A DNA stretch of 64,000 nt, taken from positions 1-64,000 of the IMG/VR virus record IMGVR_UViG_3300044710_000080; one strand, given 5' to 3'. Under the pieces are notes generated by a model that had not been told where the DNA came from, searched no databases, and saw only the letters and a program-made list of their open reading frames with translations. Made by a program: the position numbers and the translations under genes. Origin of the DNA: a virus. Below, piece after piece: positions 10,654 through 20,410 of the stretch; position 1 is the stretch's first letter, and every line of letters starts with the position of its first letter.

Positions 10654-11304
10654 TCAGGTCCCCGGTATCGGCGGCCCGCTCTGGCCCGCGCCCGTCGTCA
10701 CGCCCGAATGCTTGTGGGTTTCCAAATCCACGGTCCCACTTCCCTTGATGGTGCCGGGGGAGTTGACATTCCCGCTGCTGTCGATCGTCACCCCGTTCAG
10801 GGTGATGCCGTTCGGTGCCGTGATAGTAACACCGGAACCGTTCATTTGTATGTATTGCGTCGGTGCCGACCCGCTCATCGTGCAGCCGAAGTAGGTCGCA
10901 TCGGCCAGATCGAAACGCCGACCGGAACCCGGGGGCGCCTGCGCAAGCGCGGACTTCACCGCCGATATGTCGCGGTCGCTGACGATGGCGAGCCCTTGGT
11001 CGCCGACCACGGGGTCGATGATGATCGCGTTCGCCCCACCCTGGAGCCGGAAGTAGGGGAGGCCGAATATCGTCTGGTGCTTCGTCGCGTTGCCGTTGCC
11101 GTCGACCATGTTCACAAGTGGCGTCACGTCGACAGTCCCGATCGGCGAGAGGCCGCCCGAGGTCGAGACCGCCATCACCTCGACGGGGATCGCCGTGCGT
11201 ACTTCCGCGAGCGCCTGACGGATAAGGAACCGTAGAACATTGTAACGGGAACCCGCATCGCCGGGCTGCATGAAACCGTAACCGAATGTGTTGTCTTCGG
11301 TCAC
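10654..11304 (-). CDS. Baseplate central spike (gpV/gp138-like); start uncertain
   Basis: LPYFRLQGG, DPVVGD.G, DRDIS, C-terminal HKHSGV metal-binding tip. Confidence 0.85.
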   Translation of the reverse strand: MTEDNTFGYGFMQPGDAGSRYNVLRFLIRQALAEVRTAIPVEVMAVSTSGGLSPIGTVDVTPLVNMVDGNGNATKHQTIFGLPYFRLQGGANAIIIDPVVGDQGLAIVSDRDISAVKSALAQAPPGSGRRFDLADATYFGCTMSGSAPTQYIQMNGSGVTITAPNGITLNGVTIDSSGNVNSPGTIKGSGTVDLETHKHSGVTTGAGQSGPPIPGT

Positions 11305-11404
11305 TTCGTGGGTTCCGATGTGGATTTTACCAAGTCGAACATACGACTTCCATACCACCCGAACACAAACCCGATAATTGCCGAGGTGAAAGCGACTGAT
11401 GCTA

Positions 11405-11650
11405 TTAGCATTGCGTCCTCCGAATCAATGCATCCTCTTTCTCAAGATAGTCACGAATGACGGGGACTGAGAACCTGTCCATGCAGAGCGCCATTTGGTG
11501 GATTATTTCCTTCATCCACTCCTCTTCATTGGGGGCTGCCTTGATAAAGTCCTCAGCTTTGAACTCCATGACTATTTGTTTTTTCTCGTTGAGGATTGAT
11601 ATTTTTGTCTCGACATCCTCAATATCGAAAATAAGTTTCAATGTGGTCAT
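11405..11650 (-). CDS. Hypothetical lower-GC inserted gene
   Basis: AT-richer codons; ATGA overlap with hub stop. Confidence 0.55.
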   Translation of the reverse strand: MTTLKLIFDIEDVETKISILNEKKQIVMEFKAEDFIKAAPNEEEWMKEIIHQMALCMDRFSVPVIRDYLEKEDALIRRTQC

Positions 11651-12621
11651 TGCTGCACCGGCGTCACGAAGGGTTGCGGGAACGAGGGGTTCCACGTCTC
11701 GATCGTCGTCTGCCACTTCCCACGCGGGACGAGCGTGTCGATGTCGTGGTCAATTCCGTAGATGCGCCACGTCCCGCCAGCGGGCTGACTTGGCGCATTA
11801 TTTGGATTCGGTTGTCCGGTACTATTGAGGATGCTGCTTTGCACCTGGACATCGCCCATCATGCGCAGCGTCGGATCGAAGACGGTCCGCAGTTTCAGGC
11901 CAAACTCTGTGAAGGTCGGGTAGCCGATCATCTGCCCAGCCGGCGGCGGCGCGATGATCGGAGCCGAACCGTTCCGCGCCTTGCCCTTCGGCACCAGGAT
12001 CACCGTGTTATTGTCGACCGTCCAATCGCAGCCAGCGGCCGTCGCACACGCCTGAATCTGACTCCGTGGCGAGCCGTAGAAGTACGGGCTCGAGAGTTTC
12101 GCGGAGACGCCGTTGTTCTCGAATGTGTAATTTGGCATCTGTGCGACGATGCCTTTAATGACTTGCGCGGCATCTGCGGTGCCCTTCACCGATGTAGGCG
12201 CGAGCGCCACCACGGACTGATCGCCCATCGCCTGTGCCGAGACGTGAAAGCCGACGTCGGGCATCTGTGAGAAGTCAGCCCATGCCTGGAGCACCGTGCC
12301 GATGAAGACGGTCGGAAGTCCCGCATTTGCGTCGCCGGCCTTGAGCGTGACGGTGTTCCCCGCGACGAGTTGGTAGCGGATGCCGAGCGTCGCGAGTTGA
12401 TTCATCAGCGAGAGCGTCATCCCGTAGATCGTCATCTCGAGCATGCCGAGACCTGGCGTCGCCATCTTCAGACACTTCGCTGAGATGCGCAGACCGCCCT
12501 GACCGACAGAGGTCGCCGCCTGAAGCGTGACCGAGTTAGTCCCGCTCTCGTTGAACGATTGAATCCGTCCGCCAGGCGTGAGCGTGAACTGTACCTCTAT
12601 GAGGCGCTGGACGAGGGCCAC
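11647..12621 (-). CDS. Baseplate hub protein
   Basis: IYGMTLSLMNQL, FENNGV..LSSPY, GQMIGYP; synteny. Confidence 0.8.
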   Translation of the reverse strand: MALVQRLIEVQFTLTPGGRIQSFNESGTNSVTLQAATSVGQGGLRISAKCLKMATPGLGMLEMTIYGMTLSLMNQLATLGIRYQLVAGNTVTLKAGDANAGLPTVFIGTVLQAWADFSQMPDVGFHVSAQAMGDQSVVALAPTSVKGTADAAQVIKGIVAQMPNYTFENNGVSAKLSSPYFYGSPRSQIQACATAAGCDWTVDNNTVILVPKGKARNGSAPIIAPPPAGQMIGYPTFTEFGLKLRTVFDPTLRMMGDVQVQSSILNSTGQPNPNNAPSQPAGGTWRIYGIDHDIDTLVPRGKWQTTIETWNPSFPQPFVTPVQQ

Positions 12622-12622
12622 G

Positions 12623-12961
12623 TCACGCCTCCTCCGCGAAGAGCTTCTGCGTCAGTGCGGCGAGGTCGGCAGGAAAGAGATAGGCGAGCGAATATCGCGC
12701 CCCGAGTCCCGTGTAGTACGGGTTTAACGATCCTTGATTATCGAGGAAGACCAAGTCCCCGACGAAGCCGAGATAGAGTTGCCGCACGATCAAATTGAGA
12801 TTCAAACAAATCGCGCCGGTGATGATCTGCGTCCCGGCGACGGACAAATCCAAAAACAGCCCATAAAATTTCTGATAGATCGCGATCTGACAATCCTGCC
12901 CGTTGAGTTGGACGCCGACGGTCTGCGAGGGGAGGGCCTGTACAGGCACAATGAGGGGCAT
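12623..12961 (-). CDS. Baseplate plug-like protein
   Basis: PSQT..VQLNGQ.C, YLGFVGDL.F.D.QG..P.Y.GLG.RY.L.Y; synteny. Confidence 0.75.
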   Translation of the reverse strand: MPLIVPVQALPSQTVGVQLNGQDCQIAIYQKFYGLFLDLSVAGTQIITGAICLNLNLIVRQLYLGFVGDLVFLDNQGSLNPYYTGLGARYSLAYLFPADLAALTQKLFAEEA

Positions 12962-12962
12962 G

Positions 12963-13556
12963 TCACGTCGCCCCCTGGAGTTCGGTCGTCTGCTGCGGGG
13001 TCGCCGCCTGCGGCTGGACCTGGCCGACGGCCTGCGGGTTGGAGCTCGACGGCGATTGCGTGAAGGTCTGCGTCGCGCTCACCCGTACTTGGATGAGCCA
13101 TACATCGACAACCATCAGGCCGAGCCCGCGTGCCGCCTCCCGGTGGTAATCGTAGTGCCCAACGTTGACGCTCTGGTAAATTACCTCCGGGGTGACGACG
13201 TCGTAGAGGTTCAAGTCGCCCGCAATCGCGGCAATCGAATTGAGAAGCGCCTGCCGGTTCGCAGCCGAGCCTCCCGCGGAGAACCTCACCCGCGCCTCGA
13301 AGGGCGTCTGCACCTTGTCGTAGGATTCGAACGCGCCCATCTCGACCGGGTAGTTCGAGATCGTCCATTCCTGCTTGAAGTCGAGCGCGACGACCGAGTC
13401 GGCGACAATCACCGGTACGCCGCTGAGGAAGATGCCCCACTGCGGCGCGAGCAGGCCGCCGAGCAAGGTGACGGCATCCGCCGCGAGCAGCGAGATCGTG
13501 CTCGTCGCGAAGGACGAGAGCGGGGGCACCCCAGGAACATTCGGCACATTTGCCAT
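12963..13556 (-). CDS. Distal tail/tube initiator-like protein
   Basis: ISNYPVEMGAFESYDKVQTP; directly after TMP. Confidence 0.75.
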   Translation of the reverse strand: MANVPNVPGVPPLSSFATSTISLLAADAVTLLGGLLAPQWGIFLSGVPVIVADSVVALDFKQEWTISNYPVEMGAFESYDKVQTPFEARVRFSAGGSAANRQALLNSIAAIAGDLNLYDVVTPEVIYQSVNVGHYDYHREAARGLGLMVVDVWLIQVRVSATQTFTQSPSSSNPQAVGQVQPQAATPQQTTELQGAT

Positions 13557-15037
13557 CACTGCATCCCGGTATTCGCCATCGCCGCCACCGCAGCATCACG
13601 GAACGCGCCCTGGAACGTGTCGGTTGCGACGCCGGAGAGATCGGCTGCCGTCGAGGTGACGTTGATGTTCCCGATGGTGACGGTCGAGCCTGCGCCGCCT
13701 CGAGCGCCGCCCTTGCCGATACCGGCGAACTGCGCTCCTTTCCATCCATGCCACGGTCCCCAGCCGCCAGAGGCCGCCTGATCGAGCGCGAAGTCGATCT
13801 GTTGGTGCACCGTCGAGGGGTCGCGCGCGTCGAGGCCGGTCTGCCGCGTGAAGACGTCGCCGAGCCCGGAGGTCGCCATGCCGCCACCGGCAATCCCGCC
13901 GTAGTGGAGTTGAAACGGCCCGAAGGAGGAACCGCGGTCGCCAACATAACTGTAAAGACCTTCACTGCGGGCAACAGCAAGCGCAATCTGCGGATCAATT
14001 CCTCGCGCTGTTGCGGCCTTCCTAATATACGCTTCGACCCCATGGGCGTCATAGCCGGCACCACCGGATGGCCATGAAGATGATGCCGTAGGAGTGAATC
14101 CGAAGCGACTCCCGCCGCCGCCGAACATCCAGCGCCACGCATCGCCGACCGTTGGCGTCATCAGCATGTTTCCAAAGTTCGTCGTCAGGTCTCCAACTGT
14201 TTCATTCTCACGCCGATTGAGGAATCCGGTTACGTCCCACTTCGAGAAAAACGCCGTCAAATCATCGAAAAGCTTCTGGAGTTTCGGCGATGCCCAGTCG
14301 GCCATGATGCGGCCGATGTTCCGCGCGGCTCCCTCCATCAACGCCCATGACTTCTGCATTTCCGCAGCATGTCGCGCCTGCTCCGCAGTGAGTACGCCGA
14401 TCGCTCGCGCCTGCTGCAGTCGCTCATTGAGGCCAGCCCCGCCGAGCGAGACGAGATCGAGCCCGGACCTACCGGCACCGATCATCGACATGAACTCGGC
14501 GAGCCGCGCCGGCTCCATTCCCGCCCGCCGCTCAGCGATCATTCGGAAGATTGCGTCCGGGCTCATGCCGAGCACATTGACGCCGGGAAGTAGCGACCGC
14601 AACGCGCCTATTGCTGGCGCCGGCAGGCCCATCTGAAATCGCGTCATCTCGGAGCGGAGATTCTGGAACGACTGCCTGATTTCGCCCTCGGCTGCTCCGA
14701 CCGTGCGCGCGGCGTTCTCCCACTGCGAGAGAACTTCGACCGGCATTTCAAGATAGCGTGCCGTGCGGCCGGCGGCCGAATCAACCTGCGCAAAACTGGT
14801 GAGTATCCTCTCGATGCCGAGGCCGCCGAGGAAGATCGACGCTAGTTTGAGCGCCTGCGTCTGGAGCATCTGAATGGATTCTCCGCCCCGCTTTGCCAAT
14901 GCCTCCCACTCGGTTGCGCCCTTCTGCGCCGCCTCGCGCGTCTTCGCGATCGAGGATTCGGCCTCGCGCTGGCCCGCGTGCCATTTCGTGGGGTCCAAGC
15001 CTAGTTCGACCACAAGCGCGTCGATCACGGTCGGAAT
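13556..15037 (-). CDS. Tape measure protein with C-terminal lysozyme-like domain; probable ATT start
   Basis: PTVIDALVVELGLD N-terminus, Ala-rich helices, ARSEG...SSFGPFQL; follows chaperones. Confidence 0.85.
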   Translation of the reverse strand: MPTVIDALVVELGLDPTKWHAGQREAESSIAKTREAAQKGATEWEALAKRGGESIQMLQTQALKLASIFLGGLGIERILTSFAQVDSAAGRTARYLEMPVEVLSQWENAARTVGAAEGEIRQSFQNLRSEMTRFQMGLPAPAIGALRSLLPGVNVLGMSPDAIFRMIAERRAGMEPARLAEFMSMIGAGRSGLDLVSLGGAGLNERLQQARAIGVLTAEQARHAAEMQKSWALMEGAARNIGRIMADWASPKLQKLFDDLTAFFSKWDVTGFLNRRENETVGDLTTNFGNMLMTPTVGDAWRWMFGGGGSRFGFTPTASSSWPSGGAGYDAHGVEAYIRKAATARGIDPQIALAVARSEGLYSYVGDRGSSFGPFQLHYGGIAGGGMATSGLGDVFTRQTGLDARDPSTVHQQIDFALDQAASGGWGPWHGWKGAQFAGIGKGGARGGAGSTVTIGNINVTSTAADLSGVATDTFQGAFRDAAVAAMANTGMQ

Positions 15038-15048
15038 CGTCGCCTCCC

Positions 15049-15282
15049 TCAATCCTCATCACGCTGACTCAGAAGCTTTTCATTTTGCGCATCGACCACC
15101 ACGATCTCGATCAGATCGTATAAGTCTTCCGTCGAATAGACCGTGTCGAGCTCATGCAGCGTCGCCTTCCCGGTCGAGACGATCATTCCGATTGATTGCT
15201 CGACGTTTGGGTATTCAACGAGGTCACCGTGGCCGACGCTATCTCCGCCAATTTCGAGACGACGTCGGCCGGCGTAAAACCC
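15049..15282 (-). CDS. Tail assembly chaperone, -1 frameshift extension (G-T type); absent from ORF track
   Basis: -1 frame open from slippery site to TGA at 15049, encoding LVEYPNVEQSIGMIVSTGKATLHELDTVYSTEDLYDLIEI. Confidence 0.8.
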   Translation of the reverse strand, partial: GFYAGRRRLEIGGDSVGHGDLVEYPNVEQSIGMIVSTGKATLHELDTVYSTEDLYDLIEIVVVDAQNEKLLSQRDED

Positions 15283-15698
15283 ACATGCAACACGAAAACC
15301 TCGTTTCTCAACTTGAGCCGGGTCGTGATTTCCTCAATGTCATCGCCCTCCTGGCCGAGATCGACGAGGGCGCGCGCAATTTCGGGATGCGCTTGATTCG
15401 GCATCACTTTCACACACGTCATCATCTCGTCTATCAGCGGATCCGCGTCCTCTGAGCGCATCGAGCCGAGCATCTTGATCCCGACGAAAAGAACGCCGAT
15501 CACGCCGAGGCGCATGATTTCTGGGGGAACCTCGACGCCAGCGCGACCTAGCGCGGTGAAGAACTTCACTCCCCACTTCTCCGCTGGACGCGAAGCCATC
15601 TCGGTCAAAAGAAAGCACTTACCATGATCGCGGTTGTAGTCCGGCGCTTTCTCGTCCGCGCTCCCGTCCGTGATCTGGACGATTTTCGTTTTCCGCAT
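15183..15698 (-). CDS. Tail assembly chaperone
   Basis: RDHGKCFLLTEM, DDIEEITTRLKLR.EVF.LH.GF; between tube and TMP. Confidence 0.8.
   Translation of the reverse strand: MRKTKIVQITDGSADEKAPDYNRDHGKCFLLTEMASRPAEKWGVKFFTALGRAGVEVPPEIMRLGVIGVLFVGIKMLGSMRSEDADPLIDEMMTCVKVMPNQAHPEIARALVDLGQEGDDIEEITTRLKLRNEVFVLHVGFTPADVVSKLAEIASATVTSLNTQTSSNQSE
15276..15282 (-). other. -1 programmed frameshift heptamer G GGT TTT
   Basis: X XXY YYZ pattern in the correct phase near the end of the chaperone gene. Confidence 0.8.
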
Positions 15699-15702
15699 CG
15701 CA

Positions 15703-16134
15703 TCACGCCGCCGCCGGGAGGATCGACTGCCAGGTGATGCCGAACTGCTGCGGTTGAAGCAGCCGCTTCGCGTCGGGCGTCGGCTTGTAGCGCCGCAACA
15801 CGCCTTTCGTCATCGCCCACTTCTTGCCGATCGGCTTGAGGATCGTCACCCCCTGCGCGTAGAACAAATCCTGGATTTGCTGCTGCGTCGCCCACCAAGT
15901 ATCGAAGATGAACGTCGAGGGCGAATCCGCCTGCAGCCGGAAGTTCTGCTCCACCGGCACATAGACGAAGCCGGCCGAGAGGACGCCATCGACGCCCATC
16001 ATCACCTCGGCCGATTCCAGTTCGTTCGTGGTGAAGACATCGTCCACCGCGAAGCCTTGGAGCTGCTGCGGCGAGGAGAAGAGGCCGGGGATCATGATAG
16101 TGACAATTGCGGTGGCACCCGTGATCGAGGCCAT
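15703..16134 (-). CDS. Tail tube protein
   Basis: QLQGFAVDD, MGVDG.LSAG, LQADSPS; directly after sheath. Confidence 0.85.
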   Translation of the reverse strand: MASITGATAIVTIMIPGLFSSPQQLQGFAVDDVFTTNELESAEVMMGVDGVLSAGFVYVPVEQNFRLQADSPSTFIFDTWWATQQQIQDLFYAQGVTILKPIGKKWAMTKGVLRRYKPTPDAKRLLQPQQFGITWQSILPAAA

Positions 16135-16161
16135 TTGTTTGCTCCTTTCCTATCTGTCGAC

Positions 16162-17952
16162 CTATTGCAACTCGATCGACGAAAGCTGAATGGCTTGCAC
16201 CGACTGGCCATCACAATACCAGAAGGCGACCGGGGGCGATTGTCGCGCCGCGCGGACCTGGGGTGACGCCGGAAGCGTTTGTAAATACCACCCGCGTTGC
16301 TGGAGGGTCGGCGCAACGTTCGCCCCCGCCTGGTTGTTGACATTTGCGGTCTGCGCTGCCGAGAGCGTCACGCCGGCGCGGATCGCCCCGAAGTTCACCC
16401 CCGCATTGATCGGTCCGGTGAGCGATGCCTCGATCAGAGAATTGCCCGACGGGTTGTAGGGGATCGAGCCGACGCTCACGAGCAGATTGAGCAGCGCGAG
16501 CTGGAATTGATTGTTGAGCCAGATCTGGTCGACGAAGCTGTCGATCCAGGAGAACGGCCCCGAGATCGAACCGGGCGCGAAGAAGATGAAATTCTGCGCC
16601 GCCGTGCCGACCGCCGCATAGCAGTTGTAGCCGTTCGCAACTAGATTCTGATATGCGAGTTGCGCCGTCACCCCCGCGACAAGACCGGACTGCGAACGGC
16701 CTTGGAGTGTCTGCCGCCCATTCGGCTGCTCGAAGTCGATCGAGGCGATGGCACCGCACACGAAAGCGGCGAGGTTCTGGTCGGACGGCTCGTAGACGAG
16801 CACAGTCCCCGAGTAGTTCGATCCGTTCGGCCCGACCAGATAGCCCATGCTGTTCGTCGCCGGCACCGTGGTCGTCGGGTTGATGTCGGTGTCCCAGCAG
16901 ACGAAGACGTAGCGGTTGTTCTGCCCGTTCGCCCACGCTGCGAAGGCAAGTTTTTGCGTCGCCGGCGTCACCCCGCCGTCAGGATCAAATCCGAGCATGA
17001 AAGTCGCCCAGTTCTGAGTGATCTGGACGATTGCGTTCATGAAGGCTGCCGGCGTGGCCGCCGCGGCACCCTGCGAGAGCACCGCCCCGGTGAGCGAGGT
17101 CAGCTGCAGCGCAGCCGATGCGCCAGTCCCGCCGGCAAGCGTCCCGGTTGCAAACGCCGAAGTCGAGGGCGCCCCGGTTATCCCTGAGGTGATGATGAAG
17201 GCCCCGGAGACCGAATCGTAAGTCACGACCACCGGCGTCGGCTCGAGCGTGATCGGTGACGACGACATGGTCTGGTTGACGCTGACCCCGTAGGTGCCCG
17301 TCCCGCCGGCCGTGCCGGTGATCTGCGAGAGAACCACAGTGCTCGCCGCGACCCCGGTGCCGATCACAGTCTGCCCGATGGCGATGTTGTTCCCGGAGAT
17401 GCCGGTCACCGTCATCGTCCCGCCGGTGATGGTGGCGGTCCCGGTCGCCAGGATGATCGGGTTGCCGTTGAGTCCGGTCTGGATCAGCGCCGCAGCCGCC
17501 GAGAAACTCGCCGCGCCGGAAAGGACGATCGAGGAGGCGACGCGCGCGTAGCCATCCATCGTCACCGAGAGCGAGCCGGAGAGGGCCTGCAGCTGCGCCA
17601 ACGTGAGCGCCGCGACGCTCGCCCCGCGCAAATAGGCCGCGGCCGCCGAGGTATTGTATTGGGCGAATAGGACCGAGCCGGGTTTCACCAGCGAATTGTC
17701 GAAGCCGCCGAAGTAGCCGCTGCCGAGCCCGGAGCCGCCGCCTGCGATCTGCGCCTCCTTCGAGGAAGCACCGAAGAAACTCGCCACCGAGGCCGCAGAA
17801 CCGAAGGCCTGGACCGTCGGGGTGTTCGTGCCCGAGAGCGGAACCCGCGTGCTGGTCGTCAGGATCAGCCCGATCAGGTCGAGCTCTGCCCCGCCCGCGC
17901 TGATGACGCTCGGCGTGACGTTGACAAAGGTGGAGGCCGGGATCGTGGTCAT
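16162..17952 (-). CDS. Tail sheath protein (DUF3383-like) with inserted Thr/Gly-rich domain
   Basis: TIPAS.FV.VTPSVISAGG, QNWATF, SIPYN..G, RAARQSP..FWY.DG.SVQ. Confidence 0.9.
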   Translation of the reverse strand: MTTIPASTFVNVTPSVISAGGAELDLIGLILTTSTRVPLSGTNTPTVQAFGSAASVASFFGASSKEAQIAGGGSGLGSGYFGGFDNSLVKPGSVLFAQYNTSAAAAYLRGASVAALTLAQLQALSGSLSVTMDGYARVASSIVLSGAASFSAAAALIQTGLNGNPIILATGTATITGGTMTVTGISGNNIAIGQTVIGTGVAASTVVLSQITGTAGGTGTYGVSVNQTMSSSPITLEPTPVVVTYDSVSGAFIITSGITGAPSTSAFATGTLAGGTGASAALQLTSLTGAVLSQGAAAATPAAFMNAIVQITQNWATFMLGFDPDGGVTPATQKLAFAAWANGQNNRYVFVCWDTDINPTTTVPATNSMGYLVGPNGSNYSGTVLVYEPSDQNLAAFVCGAIASIDFEQPNGRQTLQGRSQSGLVAGVTAQLAYQNLVANGYNCYAAVGTAAQNFIFFAPGSISGPFSWIDSFVDQIWLNNQFQLALLNLLVSVGSIPYNPSGNSLIEASLTGPINAGVNFGAIRAGVTLSAAQTANVNNQAGANVAPTLQQRGWYLQTLPASPQVRAARQSPPVAFWYCDGQSVQAIQLSSIELQ

Positions 17953-18029
17953 GTGATCTCCTCGGCCAAGGCTGGCCATAGGTTGCTACTTGGCTTAAGA
18001 TGCCGCTGCACTGGGGATCGAAAACTGCC

Positions 18030-18674
18030 ATGATTACTAAGACTTGCACCGATTGCGGCGCCACCAAACCACTTGATCTTTTCAGCAAGCGGAATCGATC
18101 GAAGGATGGGAAAAGATCTTACTGCAAGGACTGCGGCGCACGACAAACAAGAGACTGGGTCAGCCGGAATAAGGAGAAAAAACGCAAAGCAGACGCAGAT
18201 TACAACATTAAAAATCATGCGAAGGTCAAGGCTACAAGATTGAAGTGGCTGGAGAAACATCCAAACTACAATCGCGATTATTACATACGCAACTTCGATA
18301 AAGATCGGGAGGCGGCCATTGAGCGAGCTCGACTCTATCGGAAAGCCAATCCTGGTAAAATCAATGCATGGTCGGCTGCCCGTCATGCTCGCGAACTTCG
18401 CGCTACGCCACCGTGGGTCGACCATAAAGCGATTCAATCTTTTTACATTGAGGCAGCCCGCCTGACCCGGGAGACCGGCATCAAGCATCATGTCGACCAC
18501 ATTTATCCTCTCAAATCGAAGGTGATGTGCGGCCTGCACTGCCAATTCAACTTGCAGATTCTCACCGCGAAGGAGAACCGATCCAAGTCCAATGTGCGAT
18601 GGCCCGGTCATGGTATTTCTATCAGCGAGACATTGGCGGCGTCGGCAAATTGCAGAGGAAGCAATACTGCCTGA
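18030..18674 (+). mobile_element. HNH homing endonuclease, antisense to the late operon
   Basis: N-terminal CxxC pairs; HHVDHIYPL...CGLH...NLQILTAKENRSKSN; lower GC. Confidence 0.85.
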
Positions 18675-19345
18675 TTCGCTTGCATATGAGCTTCAACAAC
18701 CCATCTCGTTTCCCACTGCTGCTCCGCATTGATGAATGGAATCTGCTTTGGGTCGTCCGCGTGGAGTGGTGTCACGCCCACGATGGGATTTCCTCCGCCG
18801 TCGAGCGCGGCCGCGAAGGCGTCAACCCCGAACTGATCCCGGAACAAGGTCGTGATGATCTGGGCGTTGTCGGAACTGCCAGGTCCGTGCACGTCGAGCT
18901 GGAAGACGGCGTCGACCGGCTGGAGGAATGATTCGGCCCCGCACGACATGGTCTGGCTCGGCGACGTCTGGCTCGGAGCGACCAGGTACGTGCCCGTCCC
19001 GCCCGGAGTGCCGGTGAGTTGATTCGTGATCGTGGAGTTCACCGCGACCCCGGTGCCGAAGAGCGTTGCCCCGCTGCCGATGGTCCCGAGCCGCAGCGCG
19101 GAAACTGTCATCGTCGTCCCGGCGATCGAGGCCGTGAAGGCTACGTCCGCGTAGGAATCGACGTTGGTCTCGATGCGGTCGCGGCGGAGCGGCCAGAAGA
19201 CGACGAAGTCAGAAAACTGCGGCTCGGCAACCCGATTTGCCTGCCCAGCGACGATTTGACCAGCGGAAAATTGCGGGAGGGCGCTAAGGAGGAAGGCCCG
19301 AAGGGCGGTCTGCACGTTTGACGACGTCGGAGCGACCGCGGTCAT
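18608..19345 (-). CDS. Tail terminator/neck protein with inserted Thr/Gly-rich domain
   Basis: [37 protein letters not shown]; upstream of sheath. Confidence 0.8.
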   Translation of the reverse strand: MTAVAPTSSNVQTALRAFLLSALPQFSAGQIVAGQANRVAEPQFSDFVVFWPLRRDRIETNVDSYADVAFTASIAGTTMTVSALRLGTIGSGATLFGTGVAVNSTITNQLTGTPGGTGTYLVAPSQTSPSQTMSCGAESFLQPVDAVFQLDVHGPGSSDNAQIITTLFRDQFGVDAFAAALDGGGNPIVGVTPLHADDPKQIPFINAEQQWETRWVVEAHMQANQAVLLPLQFADAANVSLIEIP

Positions 19346-19348
19346 CCC

Positions 19349-19398
19349 CGGTTCCTGCCTGCGCTGAGGTGTGCGCGCACCTTACAGGCAAGAAGCCG
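19349..19398 (-). promoter_or_regulatory. mRNA hairpin pairing with the RBS of the tail terminator gene
   Basis: UUCUUGCCUG pairs with CAGGCAGGAA (contains AGGA) plus inner AGGUG/CACCU stem, just 5' of ATG 19345. Confidence 0.5.
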
Positions 19399-19436
19399 TG
19401 CTTTACTACCGCACCAATTAGTGACAGATGGCTACG

Positions 19437-19823
19437 TTATTTGTAGATGGAGGCGCTTATCACCCCAGAGGACGAAATGATCGAGAAGTTCGAAAGCGTC
19501 CCCGCGTACCAGATGCAGAATGGCTGTCCGGCGATGGCGCCGAGCGGAATGCCGGTGGTCCCGACTGCGGCCGTCCCGTCGTCACGCCAATAAGCGGCCG
19601 CCGATGTGCAGACCCATGCGTACTTGCCGGCAGGGCATGAGGCCCCGAGCGTCGCCGCCGAGGAAGGCGAAAACTGGCAGAAGCCGACCGGGACCACGGT
19701 GATGCCGGGCGAGCCGACTTGGGCACGCGCGTCGTGAGTAGCTTCGCCGAAGAAAAAGCAAAGCATCGCCATGACCGCGACGAACCCGGGCATGAAGAAA
19801 AAGCTCCTCGTGATTCGCCTCAT
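19437..19823 (-). CDS. Phage protein with WRDDGT motif and signal-like N-terminus
   Basis: AYWRDDGTAAVGTTGIPL; hydrophobic N-terminus ending ARA-Q. Confidence 0.65.
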   Translation of the reverse strand: MRRITRSFFFMPGFVAVMAMLCFFFGEATHDARAQVGSPGITVVPVGFCQFSPSSAATLGASCPAGKYAWVCTSAAAYWRDDGTAAVGTTGIPLGAIAGQPFCIWYAGTLSNFSIISSSGVISASIYK

Positions 19824-19842
19824 CTTGATTTCCTTCTCGTTT

Positions 19843-20217
19843 TCAAGAGCCATCCTGGAGGACCGCGACGATCGAACACCAATCCGGCCACTGCTCAATG
19901 ACCCGCGCCGTAAGATACACGTTCCCGTCGGAGAGCGTCAGGAGATCGCCGCCCTTACTCGAGACCCGGATGATCGCGTCAACCTCGCCGTTGAGGTAAA
20001 TCTTGCGCATCGAGCCCTGGAGATTGAGGCCCTCGATCTGGCGCAGGTCGCGGTTCGAAAGGTCTTGGACTTGGGCGGTGACGGTCACAGGCGCCGCATA
20101 GGATGGGGTAGGGGTTCCGTCCAGCGCAATCGTCGAGCCTGTGCTAGTCCGTAGCGTCGCCGCCTGCATGGGGTTGACGGCGGAGATCGGTCCCGAAACG
20201 ATTCCGTGCAGGTTCAC
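19843..20217 (-). CDS. Head closure/head-tail joining protein
   Basis: NLHGIV...AVNP, AQVQ.L, KGGDL, EQWPDW; AAGGAGG RBS with GTG start. Confidence 0.75.
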   Translation of the reverse strand: MNLHGIVSGPISAVNPMQAATLRTSTGSTIALDGTPTPSYAAPVTVTAQVQDLSNRDLRQIEGLNLQGSMRKIYLNGEVDAIIRVSSKGGDLLTLSDGNVYLTARVIEQWPDWCSIVAVLQDGS

Positions 20218-20402
20218 GCGGCCTCCTTGCTGCAATGCAACCAATTTTCAATAGACCGCTCTGGATAGCCCGTAAGATTGGCGATGTCTGTCGTATCGAA
20301 TTTGGCCTCCCGGAACCATAGCCGCACGCGAAACGGCATATCGACCCGCGGCACGTAGAGCGGCTTGAAATTCCTGGAGACAGGAAGATGCACCCAAGCC
20401 AT
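20214..20402 (-). CDS. Small HTH-like protein
   Basis: DTTDIANLTGYPERSIENWL. Confidence 0.45.
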   Translation of the reverse strand: MAWVHLPVSRNFKPLYVPRVDMPFRVRLWFREAKFDTTDIANLTGYPERSIENWLHCSKEAA

Positions 20403-20410
20403 TGCCGCTC

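Noticed and set aside
15676-15689. Partial operator match GGACGATTTTC
   Set aside because: Inside coding sequence, lacks the dyad ends and promoter boxes
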